This document shows, one piece after another, positions 9,492-18,934 of a DNA stretch of 64,000 nucleotides. Position 1 is the first letter of the stretch; the number at the start of each line of letters is the position of its first letter. The notes beneath the pieces were generated by a model. It was not told the DNA's origin, made no database searches, and saw only the letters and a program-made list of their open reading frames with translations. Both the position numbers and the translations under genes were made by a program. This stretch comes from Candidatus Fermentithermobacillaceae bacterium (GTDB taxonomy: Bacteria; Bacillota; Sulfobacillia; Fermentithermobacillales; Fermentithermobacillaceae): the NCBI GenBank assembly GCA_012512325.1, contig JAAZEL010000069.1:1303-65302 (forward strand), written 5' to 3'.

Positions 9492-10547
9492 ATGGGGAAT
9501 AAGCCTGTGGAATATCCTCTGACAGGGGGTGTCTGCTTGCGAATATCAAGTCTGATAGCTGGCAAGCGGCATTTGGTCGGGTTGGTTATTCTTGCGGTCG
9601 TGGGGCTCGTGGCGGTATGGGTAGGTGTTCGGGCCGGCCTGGGAACCCATGAAGTCAAGGTATCCGCATGGGACAGGGAGGTTTATCTCACCACAAAGGC
9701 TGTTACGGTAGCTGATGTACTGGCTGCCTTGAATATATCTCCGGACCCCGGGGACCTGGTTGAACCTTCTCTCGATACAGCGGTTGAAGACGGCATGGAA
9801 ATAAGGGTTGAAAGGGCAAGGCCTGTGTTCGTCATGTTCAGGGGCAGGGGTTTTCCGGTTTTCACGGCGGAGGACCGGGTATCCCGGATTCTGTCTGTGG
9901 CGGGCATAGAACCGGAGCCTGACGATGTTGTACACCCTGGCTTGGATGAAACAGTATCCCCTGATTGTGTCATCAAGGTGGTAAAGGTCAGTTACGGTGA
10001 CGTGACGGAAGAACGAGAGATTGCCTATGATACCCAGAGGCGGGAAGACAGTACCCTGGAAGCGGGACTCACCAGGGTACTCAAGCACGGGGCGCCCGGG
10101 CTTATCCAGGTGGTATACCAGGTCACGTATGAAGACGGCGTGGAAGTATCCCGTGAGGAGAAGGCCAGGAGCGTGCTGAAGGAACCATCCCCCCTTGTAC
10201 TGCTTGTAGGTTCTTTGCAACAAGTATCCCGGGGTGGCCAAGATATCCGGTTTGAAAGGGCTCTGGAAGTTACCGCAACCGCCTATTGTCCTTGTGCAAA
10301 GTGCTGCGGGCCATCCAATGTGGGTAAGACCGCCACAGGGATCCCTGCGGCCAAAGGCGTCATCGCGGCGGATCCCAGAGTGATTCCCCTGGGAACCCGG
10401 GTGTACGTGGACGGCTATGGAGAAGCGATTGCCGCCGACGTGGGTTCGGCGATCAAGGGCAACAGGATAGACGTGTGTTTTGACACCCATGAGGAAGCTT
10501 GGTCATGGGGAGTAAAGCAAACAAAAGTGTATATCCTCTCACAATGA
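9492..10547 (+). CDS. yabE: G5 + 3D (MltA-like) domain cell-wall protein YabE
   Basis: N-terminal TM anchor, central G5-like repeats, C-terminal 3D domain (ATAYCPCAKCCG...GTRVYVDGYGEAIAADVGSAIKGNRIDVCFDT). Confidence 0.75.
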   Translation: MGNKPVEYPLTGGVCLRISSLIAGKRHLVGLVILAVVGLVAVWVGVRAGLGTHEVKVSAWDREVYLTTKAVTVADVLAALNISPDPGDLVEPSLDTAVEDGMEIRVERARPVFVMFRGRGFPVFTAEDRVSRILSVAGIEPEPDDVVHPGLDETVSPDCVIKVVKVSYGDVTEEREIAYDTQRREDSTLEAGLTRVLKHGAPGLIQVVYQVTYEDGVEVSREEKARSVLKEPSPLVLLVGSLQQVSRGGQDIRFERALEVTATAYCPCAKCCGPSNVGKTATGIPAAKGVIAADPRVIPLGTRVYVDGYGEAIAADVGSAIKGNRIDVCFDTHEEAWSWGVKQTKVYILSQ

Positions 10548-11410
10548 AAAACACCACCACCTACAGCCAAATCATGAGAGAGTACGGGGTCAGGTTGAAG
10601 AAGCGTCTAGGCCAGCATTTCATGACCGACCCCGGACTCCTGGCCTCGGTTGCCGGGGCCATGGTACCTGGTCATGATTGGGTGGCAGTGGAGATAGGCG
10701 CAGGGCTGGGAACCCTCACCCGGGAATTGTGCGCCAGGGCACGTTGGGTATATGCCCTGGAAATCGACAGGGAACTGGAGCCCGCCGTGCTTGACATCAC
10801 CGCCGATTTTGCGAACCTCACCTGGATTTGGGGAGATGCCTTGAAGCACGATCTTTCAGGGTACACCCTTAGACAGGCCTATCCTACGACGCCCCTGGTG
10901 CTGTGCGGCAACTTGCCCTACTATGTTACTTCTGAGATCGTGTATTCGGCCCTGGTGGCCCGTCCGGCGTGGAACCGGCTTGCGTTTGTGGTCCAGGATG
11001 AACTGGGCAGGCGCATGGTAGAGTCGCCGGGGTCCCGTGAGTTCGGGCGCCTCTCCCTGTGGTGCCAATACCGTTCAAAGGTCAAGGTGGAAAGGAAGAT
11101 CCCTAGGGGGGCGTTCCTGCCGCCGCCCAAAGTGGATTCGTGCCTGGTAACCATGGAAGTATATCGCGAGTTTCCCCTTGCTGCGCACGAAGAGGAGGTG
11201 CTCGATGTGATATCCCGGAGGGCTTTTTCCCAGAGGCGCAAAACCTTGTTGAACTCGCTCTTGCCCTTGTTCCACAGCAAAGCACAGCTGCGCGAGCTTG
11301 CGGACAAGTGTGGCATTGACTTGAGCAAACGGCCTGAAGACATGAGTATGAGTGAGTACGTGACATTGGCGAGAGCTGCAACCCCTCACATAGCCCAGAA
11401 CTTGCGGTGA
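10544..11410 (+). CDS. rsmA: 16S rRNA (adenine1518/1519-N6)-dimethyltransferase RsmA/KsgA
   Basis: LKKRLGQHFMTDPGLL, VEIGAGLGTLT (SAM motif I), CGNLPYYVTS. ATGA overlap with the yabE stop; ORF track starts earlier (10499). Confidence 0.85.
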   Translation: MKNTTTYSQIMREYGVRLKKRLGQHFMTDPGLLASVAGAMVPGHDWVAVEIGAGLGTLTRELCARARWVYALEIDRELEPAVLDITADFANLTWIWGDALKHDLSGYTLRQAYPTTPLVLCGNLPYYVTSEIVYSALVARPAWNRLAFVVQDELGRRMVESPGSREFGRLSLWCQYRSKVKVERKIPRGAFLPPPKVDSCLVTMEVYREFPLAAHEEEVLDVISRRAFSQRRKTLLNSLLPLFHSKAQLRELADKCGIDLSKRPEDMSMSEYVTLARAATPHIAQNLR

Positions 11411-11592
11411 TGAAACAACCGCTATGGACACATCATGAGGTTTGGGGTGTAAGAGACTCCGAACTCGCAGTGATGGAACAACCGCCTATGGACACTCTTG
11501 AGAAACCTCTCTACAATGATTTGTCACTAATTTTCGGAATTGAATACACAATTGCGCAAGTGCAAGAAAAATGATAGAATTAGCCGAAGGAC

Positions 11593-12081
11593 ATGGGCAA
11601 GGAGGTCGAGACATTGCAGTTCATAAGCCCTACAAAAGGGTCAATGAGCTTTGAAGCAATGTTTCAGGACATCCTTGACTTCATCGCCGAAAATCCTGAT
11701 TCCCAGTACAAACTCATAGTGGGCAGCGATTCCCAGTCAAGGGAGCAGATATGCTTTGTGACCGCGGTCGTGATCCACCACATCGGTAAAGGCGGCAGGT
11801 ATTACTATACACGCTCTTTCGTCAAGAAAATGCCCAGCATTAAACAGCGGATCTTCTACGAAGCCCACTTAAGCTTGGACATTGCCAGCAAGCTGGCAGC
11901 TCAATTGTCATATAACGGGCATAATGATCTTAACGTGGAAATCCACCTTGATGTGGGAAGAAACGGCCAAACAAGAACCATGATCAAGGAACTCGTCGCC
12001 CAGATAGTCGGCAGCGGGTTTTGCGCCAAGATTAAGCCTGATGCATACGGAGCCCAGGTGGCAGATAAGCACACCAAATAG
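11593..12081 (+). CDS. YkuK/DUF458-family RNase H-like protein
   Basis: FISPTKGSMSFEAMFQDILDFIAENPDSQYKLIVGSDSQ... resembles the YkuK family. Immediately upstream of veg, probably co-transcribed. Confidence 0.5.
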   Translation: MGKEVETLQFISPTKGSMSFEAMFQDILDFIAENPDSQYKLIVGSDSQSREQICFVTAVVIHHIGKGGRYYYTRSFVKKMPSIKQRIFYEAHLSLDIASKLAAQLSYNGHNDLNVEIHLDVGRNGQTRTMIKELVAQIVGSGFCAKIKPDAYGAQVADKHTK

Positions 12082-12101
12082 GGCCAAAGGAGGGATAGCT
12101 G

Positions 12102-12365
12102 TTGAAACCCAAGATGTCAATCGACTCTATACGGACGAAACTCGATTCCCATCTCGGGAAAAGGATAAAAGTCAGGGCTAATGAAGGACGCAGGCGTATT
12201 TCCGTAAAGGAAGGTATTCTGGAAAACACGTATCCCAGCATATTTGTGATACGGCTTGGCGATGAGTCAGGCCGGGCCGCTACATGGAGCTATATAGATG
12301 TGTTGACCGATTCCGTGGAAATACAGTTCCTCGAAGAACCGCAGGAGGCATCGGCGGATAGCTAG
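12102..12365 (+). CDS. veg: Veg (biofilm/sporulation-associated small protein)
   Basis: IDSIRTKLDSHLGKRIKVRANEGRRRISVKEGILENTYPSIFVIRLGDE is a canonical Veg sequence. Confidence 0.85.
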   Translation: MKPKMSIDSIRTKLDSHLGKRIKVRANEGRRRISVKEGILENTYPSIFVIRLGDESGRAATWSYIDVLTDSVEIQFLEEPQEASADS

Positions 12366-12369
12366 CTCC

Positions 12370-13773
12370 TCATTTCCGGGAAACCGTGTAGTCCGGACCG
12401 GGCGGCTGCATGCGGAAAGTCTCGGATTGAATGAGGACGGAATAAGCTTCCACCGCCTTCTCCCATTCAGCCATATCAGGCTGCCGGTTTGAGTAATGGC
12501 ATCTGCAGAACAGCTCGGTAATATAGTTGAATGCTTGACGCCCATCCTCAGTAGTCACCTGATCCGGTATCCCTTTTGCGTGTTCCAAAGGGGTTTGGCT
12601 TTGCTTGCGTGGAACTCCATGCCTGCCCAGTGCTTCCAACGACCGGGAGTACAGTTCCTGAATATTCCTCGGTCTGCCCGGCAGAATGGCGCCCAAGGTA
12701 TGGGCCAACCCCGCTCTTATCCGGGCTTGGATTTGGCCCATTGCACTCTTTGCCCAGTCCCCGAATGTTTCTCTTCCCAGCAGGCTTGTTCTGGTTTCTT
12801 TCAGCAGAGACGATTGTTTGTCAGAAGTACCCCGTTTGAGCGCGAACCGCCATATGAGCCAAAGCACCGCCGCTATGGCGGCTCCAATCAGGATGGCATA
12901 GGCCCACGGGGGCAACTCAGCCGGCTTGCCTTCTTCCTGAAGCCGTTCAAACATGTCTCTCCCAAGAGGAGGGAACTCCTGTGTTTCAGCGGGTTCTAAG
13001 TTCAACAGTTGCCGCAGCCGTATCACGATCCATTCTGCGATCAAGCCAATGGGTACGGCTATGTAGATGACGAGGATGCTCAGCAGGTTCCACGCTTCGG
13101 CCAGGAACCTTCCTATCAGCGATACGGTCCCGGGAAAACCCATTGAAACAAGGGCTGCAATAGCCAGGACGAGGGTCAGGAATCCTAAGCCTCCGGCCGT
13201 CCAATACCGGCGCCGGCCTGATTGTACCGGCCTGAGCACTTCGCTTTGCCGTACCATGGAGATGTCCAGGGTCGACACTAAGGCGAAAAGCAGCGCGCCG
13301 GCAGCCAGGTTCACCCTATCCGACACCTTCAACGAGGCAAGAAGGGCTAGGAGCAGAGTTCCCAGTAGGCTGTTGCGCTGGGAAGTGACAAGCTTGTATA
13401 AGCGCACCCGGTTGATCCCCTGAACTGAGCAAAGCGCCCACAGTATCATGTACATAGGCCCTCGGGCTGATAGGGCTATGTCCCACGGAAGGATTTCCGG
13501 CTTCAGCCATACGAGGGTCTGGACAATCCCTGACGCCATAATCGGGCTGAGCCACCCTGCCAGTATCAAGCCCTTCCTGGAGCTGAAGGGACCTTCCTTC
13601 GCAACCCGTGCAAGCCCGTATCCCCAGACAAAACCCATGCCGCTCACCAAAAACGGCCATGGTTCTCCCGTGTAAGCTCCGAACCCATCAAGGATCGCGG
13701 CTGCTATGTGCCCCCAGAAAACCGCAGTAAGGGCAGCCCCCAAGCCAAGCTCAGCGGATACGCTCAAACGCAA
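12370..13773 (-). CDS. polytopic membrane protein with C-terminal DUF4129 (transglutaminase-like-associated) domain
   Basis: Multiple TM helices, then a cytoplasmic C-terminal region (TPLEHAKGIPDQ...YSVLIQSETFRMQ). Third gene of a MoxR-DUF58 operon, overlapping the DUF58 stop. Confidence 0.6.
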   Translation of the reverse strand: MRLSVSAELGLGAALTAVFWGHIAAAILDGFGAYTGEPWPFLVSGMGFVWGYGLARVAKEGPFSSRKGLILAGWLSPIMASGIVQTLVWLKPEILPWDIALSARGPMYMILWALCSVQGINRVRLYKLVTSQRNSLLGTLLLALLASLKVSDRVNLAAGALLFALVSTLDISMVRQSEVLRPVQSGRRRYWTAGGLGFLTLVLAIAALVSMGFPGTVSLIGRFLAEAWNLLSILVIYIAVPIGLIAEWIVIRLRQLLNLEPAETQEFPPLGRDMFERLQEEGKPAELPPWAYAILIGAAIAAVLWLIWRFALKRGTSDKQSSLLKETRTSLLGRETFGDWAKSAMGQIQARIRAGLAHTLGAILPGRPRNIQELYSRSLEALGRHGVPRKQSQTPLEHAKGIPDQVTTEDGRQAFNYITELFCRCHYSNRQPDMAEWEKAVEAYSVLIQSETFRMQPPGPDYTVSRK

Positions 13774-14992
13774 TCACCCTCCTATCCGTTTGTCCGGTGA
13801 TGTCCTTGCACACATAAACGGGCATGTGTCGGGCAGCTTTATGGAATGCCGGGCTTGAGGCGTAAGAGGGGCGGATCAGCAATACCGCCACCGGGTGTCC
13901 CGCGTCAGCCAGGGTTGACAGGTGTTCCAGGTCAGTCTCGGACACATGGGGCATAATGGCGAGCACCGTTGTATCTTGGCCCAGCCGGTATCTGAGATGC
14001 CTTAAGGTGGTTGAAAAATGCATCCAGGGCAGGCTCAAGCGGGCCAACGCTTCAAGGATGCGCTTAAGGTGACGTTGAGACGAGCCCGGTCCAATGAACA
14101 GCGAGCCTCTGTTTGTCCCGATTGAATTTGTCGTCAGGCCGAAAGCCCCACCTTGATGGAACATGGCAGAGCACACCGATGCAGCGACTGTAATGGCATC
14201 TTCCAGGGCCTGGGCGTCTATCCCCTGCCAGAAGTGGTCTGAAGTAGACAGGTTGAGCGCTACAATAGTGTTTGATCGGAGAGAGGGGTCCAACTCCTTG
14301 ATCCTGAGATCACCCGTTTTGGCCGTGGCCTTCCATGCGATCCGGTTGGCCGGAGTGTTTCCGTCGTACTCGCGGGTACCTGCCAGGGTTAACGGGTCGG
14401 GGTGGAGCCACCCTTTGGCGGGCACTACGCCGAAGGGAGCTCTGTTCAGCCAGGGCAACCCCTCTAGTTTCACTATCTTCGGATAAACGGTCAGGGTGTG
14501 GGCCCTGGGCACTGCCGCGCTGTGAGACCCAAGCCCAAGGGGGTCACCTGCAGTCAACCTTGCAGGGCCCAGCCTGAAAACCCCTCGTTTTGCACATGAA
14601 ACCTCAAAGGCCCGCTCCACACGCTCAAACCATTTGAGGTGCACTGTGTTGGAAAGCATCGCCCTTCCGGGCACATGGGGTGTTAGGGGCAACCCACCCA
14701 GGGCCCCCTCACCGGGGAGTTCATCATCGCACTTGAGCCAAAACACGGGCAAGGGCTTGCGGTTCTCTATGCGGACCTTCAAAGTTACGGTGTCGCCCAC
14801 AAAGGTTTCACAAGGTTCTACAGTGAGGTCATAAGACAAATAGCTCGCGGCGCTTTTTGCGTAACGGTGGGCCAGAACTGCCGCCAAGGCAAGGTAAGCT
14901 CCGGCCATGGTTACATAGGGGGCTTTGGCTAAGACTCCCAGCCCCGCCACGGCTATTCCCAATGCAAGCACAGTCCGGCTGCTCATCGTCAC
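13751..14992 (-). CDS. DUF58 (vWA-like) domain protein
   Basis: N-terminal TM pair, then a DUF58 core (LTVYPKIVKLEGLP...REYDGNTPANRIAWKATAKTGDLRIKELDPS) and a vWA-like C-terminus. ATGA overlap with the MoxR stop. Confidence 0.65.
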   Translation of the reverse strand: MTMSSRTVLALGIAVAGLGVLAKAPYVTMAGAYLALAAVLAHRYAKSAASYLSYDLTVEPCETFVGDTVTLKVRIENRKPLPVFWLKCDDELPGEGALGGLPLTPHVPGRAMLSNTVHLKWFERVERAFEVSCAKRGVFRLGPARLTAGDPLGLGSHSAAVPRAHTLTVYPKIVKLEGLPWLNRAPFGVVPAKGWLHPDPLTLAGTREYDGNTPANRIAWKATAKTGDLRIKELDPSLRSNTIVALNLSTSDHFWQGIDAQALEDAITVAASVCSAMFHQGGAFGLTTNSIGTNRGSLFIGPGSSQRHLKRILEALARLSLPWMHFSTTLRHLRYRLGQDTTVLAIMPHVSETDLEHLSTLADAGHPVAVLLIRPSYASSPAFHKAARHMPVYVCKDITGQTDRRVIAFERIR

Positions 14993-15939
14993 CCTTTGTC
15001 TCCTATGGGCACCGTCACGCCATTCAGGACCTGCATTATTATGTCCTGAGCGCTGATCCCTCGGATGAATGAGTCCTGGGATATCACCAGCCTGTGAGCC
15101 AGCACAGGTACGGCAAGTGCCTTTACATCGTCAGGCAACACGAAGTCTCTACCTTCTATGAAGGCGTACGCCTTGGAGGCAAGGGCCAGGGACAGGGAGG
15201 CTCTTGGGCTTGCCCCCAGCTCAACGGCGTCGAGCTTCCTTGTCAGCCTGCAGATGCTGCTGATGTAAGACCTCACGTCGTCAGCCAGATATACCCGCTT
15301 GACTCCTTCTTTCAGTTCAGCTATTTCATCTTGGGTCAAGGGGGAGTCCGGCCGGATATCCGTACCTTGTTCAAACCTCCGCAAGATTTCATTCTCCTCT
15401 GCTTCGTCCGGATACCCCAGGTGTATTCGCATCAAGAATCTGTCCATCTGCGCCTCCGGCAGGGGAAAGGTTCCTTGGAGCTCGATGGGGTTTTGGGTCG
15501 CAACCACTGTGAAGTGTGGCGACAACCGGTGGGTTTCGCCGTCGACGGTAACCTGTCTTTCCTGCATGCACTCGAGCAAACTGGATTGAGTGCGGGGAGT
15601 AGCCCGGTTGATCTCATCCGCCAGCAGGATGTCGCAGAATACAGGGCCGGGCTTGAACTCGAACTCACGGGTCTTAGGGTTAAACACGTTGATCCCTGTT
15701 ATGTCTGACGGAAGCAAGTCCGGAGTGAATTGGACCCTGCGGAATTGTAGCCCCAGGCAACGGGCAAAGGTCCTGGCGAGGAGGGTCTTGCCTACGCCGG
15801 GGACATCTTCTATCAGGATGTGGCCTCCGGTTAAGAATGCGGTCAAAGCGAGTCTTATTGCAGCTTCGTTACCCACTATTACCTTGGACATCATGTCGGT
15901 GAAACGGCTTATGGCCGGATGTGCTCTGTCAGCTGCCAT
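14989..15939 (-). CDS. MoxR-family AAA+ ATPase
   Basis: Walker A GHILIEDVPGVGKT, Walker B ILLADEINRATP, and a sensor motif. GGGAGGGG RBS before ATG 15939; the ORF track extends to 16032. Confidence 0.85.
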   Translation of the reverse strand: MAADRAHPAISRFTDMMSKVIVGNEAAIRLALTAFLTGGHILIEDVPGVGKTLLARTFARCLGLQFRRVQFTPDLLPSDITGINVFNPKTREFEFKPGPVFCDILLADEINRATPRTQSSLLECMQERQVTVDGETHRLSPHFTVVATQNPIELQGTFPLPEAQMDRFLMRIHLGYPDEAEENEILRRFEQGTDIRPDSPLTQDEIAELKEGVKRVYLADDVRSYISSICRLTRKLDAVELGASPRASLSLALASKAYAFIEGRDFVLPDDVKALAVPVLAHRLVISQDSFIRGISAQDIIMQVLNGVTVPIGDKG

Positions 15940-16128
15940 TGGGTCCCCTCCCTGATCTGCCGGATCACATTGATGTACAGTTCTGGTTTTCCCGGTATAT
16001 TCCTGCCCTAGCACGGCCAAATGAACCGGCACCGTTTTTGGTTCAGGGACGAGCTGTAACCAGAACCTCCCTCAGCCATTTTACATAAGGTGTGATGCAG
16101 GGTGCTTATGTGAAGGGAGGGAGGTTCG

Positions 16129-17130
16129 ATGAATTCCGTAATCAGGGCGCTCAAGAACTGCGGTTCAAAACTCATGCACTTCCCAAACGTAGTAGGTGTG
16201 GGATACGGCCACAAACACGTGGGCGGGAGAAGCACGGGGAAGGAATCCCTGGTCGTACTGGTGGAGAAGAAAGTGCCCGCTGAAGAACTGAGTTCAGACC
16301 AGATAATCCCCAGGAGTATGAACCAATGCCTGATTGATGTTGTTGAGGTAGGTGAAATCGTCGCCCTTGGCCGGACCGACCGTCAAAGGCCTGCCAGGCC
16401 GGGCTTGAGTATAGGGCATTTTAGGGTTACCGCAGGGACATTCGGTGCCGTGGTGTACGATGCCAAGACAGGTGAGCCCCTGATACTGTCCAACAATCAC
16501 GTGCTTGCCAATTCTTCAAACGGCAGGGACGGGCGGGCGAAGATTGGGGATGCGATTTTGCAGCCGGGGAGATACGACGGCGGCACAGACGATGACGTAA
16601 TAGCCAGGCTACACAGGTTCGTCCCAATCGAACTCGAGGTTTCGGAACCTGATTGCAAGCTTGCCGCCGCTGCTCAGAGGCTGCTGAACAGGGCCATCAG
16701 ACGGATACGCAGGAACTACGAGGTCAAGATCGAGCGCACCGGCACCGCGACCAACTTGGTGGATGCGGCAGTGGCCAGGCCCTTGTCCAGAAACCTCATT
16801 TCCGACGACATAGTGGACTTGGGTGTTCCCAGGGGAACCGCCGAAGTCGTGGTGGGGCAAAAAGTGAGAAAGAGCGGCCGAACCAGCGGGACTAACGAAG
16901 GAGAAGTCAAGGTGGTTCACGCCACCATTAAGATAAGCATGGGGGAAATAGGGTCGGCTACCTTTACCGATCAGGTGCTCACAACCGGCATGGCCCAGCC
17001 CGGTGACAGCGGTTCTGTGGTGCTGGACGAGTACAACAGGGTATGCGGGCTTCTGTCAGCAGGGTCCCAGAATGTGTCGGTGTTCGGCCGTATCCAGAAT
17101 GTATGTGAGGCCCTGGGAGTAAGATTCTAG
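16129..17130 (+). CDS. S1 (trypsin/streptogrisin)-like serine peptidase
   Basis: Catalytic Ser motif GDSGSVVLDE and His context LILSNNHVLA; GGGAGGGAGG RBS. Divergently transcribed from the MoxR operon. Confidence 0.6.
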   Translation: MNSVIRALKNCGSKLMHFPNVVGVGYGHKHVGGRSTGKESLVVLVEKKVPAEELSSDQIIPRSMNQCLIDVVEVGEIVALGRTDRQRPARPGLSIGHFRVTAGTFGAVVYDAKTGEPLILSNNHVLANSSNGRDGRAKIGDAILQPGRYDGGTDDDVIARLHRFVPIELEVSEPDCKLAAAAQRLLNRAIRRIRRNYEVKIERTGTATNLVDAAVARPLSRNLISDDIVDLGVPRGTAEVVVGQKVRKSGRTSGTNEGEVKVVHATIKISMGEIGSATFTDQVLTTGMAQPGDSGSVVLDEYNRVCGLLSAGSQNVSVFGRIQNVCEALGVRF

Positions 17131-17198
17131 GGGGTAGGGTTCAAGAGAGCTAATGTTCAGGAAAAGGGTTTTGGAAACCGGGCGCCGAAACTCACCGT

Positions 17199-18167
17199 GT
17201 GCTAGAGGGTAGAGGCGATATCAGAGCGGTCAAATACCGTGCCTGCGCAAAGATAAACCTGGCTCTGGGCATCCTGGGGAAAAGGACTGATGGGTGCCAT
17301 GAGGTCGGCACGCTGATGGTGCCGATAAGCCTTGCAGATGTGGTTACAGTGGAACCCCAGGCTCAGGGCTTAAGCTTGTATTGTCCGGGATTGCCTGAAC
17401 TTAGACAAGAGGATAACCTTGCTTACAAGGCTGCGGTCTCCCTCCTATCCGGGAAGGGCCGCGCTCATGGGTTTGCAATCTCCGTTGAAAAGGCGATCCC
17501 TCCGGGCAGCGGATTGGGAGGGGGTAGTTCAGACGCCGCGGCCGTCTTACTTGCCGTAAGCGAGCTTCTGGAAGGCCGGGACAAGCCGGACACTCTTCAT
17601 CTCATGGAAACGGCGGCCCGGTTAGGATCAGATGTGCCTTTCTTCATTGGGGCCAACGCAAGGCCGCCTGTCTGGGAGGGGGCTGTATGTACCGGCAGGG
17701 GGGAGCGGGTGCATCCCGTTCAAGGCGGCTCCTTCTGGGTGCTCCTGGGCTTGTCCGACGTCCCAATCTCCACCAAGTCGGCTTATTCCAAATGGGATGA
17801 TATGAACCCTCATGTCCCTGAGTTTGCCACATCCCTTGATTATGCCGGGGCCCTGGCTGCCGACCCGAGACTAAGGGCTACGGTTGAAGGGTTTGCGTCA
17901 GGTGACCTTGAAAGGCTGGGCAGGTGTGTGTTTAACGACTTCGAAAAATCGGTGTACCCATTGTATCCGGTGTTATCTATAATCAAAGAGAACCTTTTGC
18001 TGTCAGGCGCTTTCGGCGCTGCGCTAACGGGAAGCGGTTCCGCCGTCTACGGTATCTGCGGTTCCCGCGGACATGCAGAAGAAGTCAGAGATAAGTTTCT
18101 CGAATTGTCCGGTGATTTGCCTGTATCCCAGGTTGTAATCGCCAGGACGGGGGTGAAGGCAGGGTGA
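17199..18167 (+). CDS. ispE: 4-diphosphocytidyl-2-C-methyl-D-erythritol kinase
   Basis: GHMP kinase motif PPGSGLGGGSSDAAAVLLAV; N-terminal AKINLALGIL. Confidence 0.85.
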   Translation: MLEGRGDIRAVKYRACAKINLALGILGKRTDGCHEVGTLMVPISLADVVTVEPQAQGLSLYCPGLPELRQEDNLAYKAAVSLLSGKGRAHGFAISVEKAIPPGSGLGGGSSDAAAVLLAVSELLEGRDKPDTLHLMETAARLGSDVPFFIGANARPPVWEGAVCTGRGERVHPVQGGSFWVLLGLSDVPISTKSAYSKWDDMNPHVPEFATSLDYAGALAADPRLRATVEGFASGDLERLGRCVFNDFEKSVYPLYPVLSIIKENLLLSGAFGAALTGSGSAVYGICGSRGHAEEVRDKFLELSGDLPVSQVVIARTGVKAG

Positions 18168-18910
18168 AAACCGATGCAGTTGTTCTGGCTGCCAGGGCAA
18201 ACACAGGCAGGCTGGCTTGTGTAAGTGACGAAGCGCTTGAGGCCAACATAGATATTGGGGGCAAACCCATGCTGGGTTATGTGCTGTCTGTGCTGGAACA
18301 GTCACCGAACATCGCCAGGATAGTCGTTGTGGGGCCTCAAGACGGACTCGCCGGGCACAAGACGGATAAGGTTTCCATAGCCGAGCCAGGAAAGGATCTC
18401 ATAGACAATGTGAGGATCGGGCTCCGTCAGGTGGCCACTGAATTCGTGTTGGTCGCATCTTCAGATATCCCCCTCTTGACCGCGGAAGCCCTTGAGGCGT
18501 TTCTTGAGGAGGCCAAAGCATCAAGGGCGGACTTCGTGTACTCCGTATCAACCAAGGAAGACTGTGAACGCAAGTATCCGGGAGTAAGACGTACCTACGT
18601 GAAGGTCAGAGGGGTGGCTTTTACCGGAGGAAACCTGTTTTTTGTGAGGAGAAGCATTGCCAATAAGGTGTGGCCGGTGCTTGAGAAGATGATAGAGTAC
18701 CGGAAGGCTCCTTTCAAAATGGCCTCGTTTTTCGGATTCCAGTTTGTAGCCAGGGTATTCTTGGGATTTGCCGGGATTCCTGAAATCGAGGAATATGTGG
18801 GTAACCTCTTGGGCATCAGGTGCAAAGCCGCGATATCCGCGCCCGAAATCAGTGTGGACGTGGATAAACCTCAGGATCTGGAACTTGTAAGGGGTATACT
18901 GGGAAAGTGA
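18164..18910 (+). CDS. MobA-like NTP-transferase family protein
   Basis: N-terminal nucleotidyltransferase fold (AVVLAARANTGRL...IGGKPMLGYVL). Translationally coupled to ispE with a 4-nt overlap. Confidence 0.5.
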   Translation: MKTDAVVLAARANTGRLACVSDEALEANIDIGGKPMLGYVLSVLEQSPNIARIVVVGPQDGLAGHKTDKVSIAEPGKDLIDNVRIGLRQVATEFVLVASSDIPLLTAEALEAFLEEAKASRADFVYSVSTKEDCERKYPGVRRTYVKVRGVAFTGGNLFFVRRSIANKVWPVLEKMIEYRKAPFKMASFFGFQFVARVFLGFAGIPEIEEYVGNLLGIRCKAAISAPEISVDVDKPQDLELVRGILGK

Positions 18911-18934
18911 TATAATACCGTGGGAGAGATTTGC

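Noticed and set aside
9546-10490. 314-aa minus-strand ORF
   Set aside because: It is entirely antisense to yabE (3D/G5 protein), has no domain signature and an Arg/Gly/Pro-rich composition; it is a shadow ORF.
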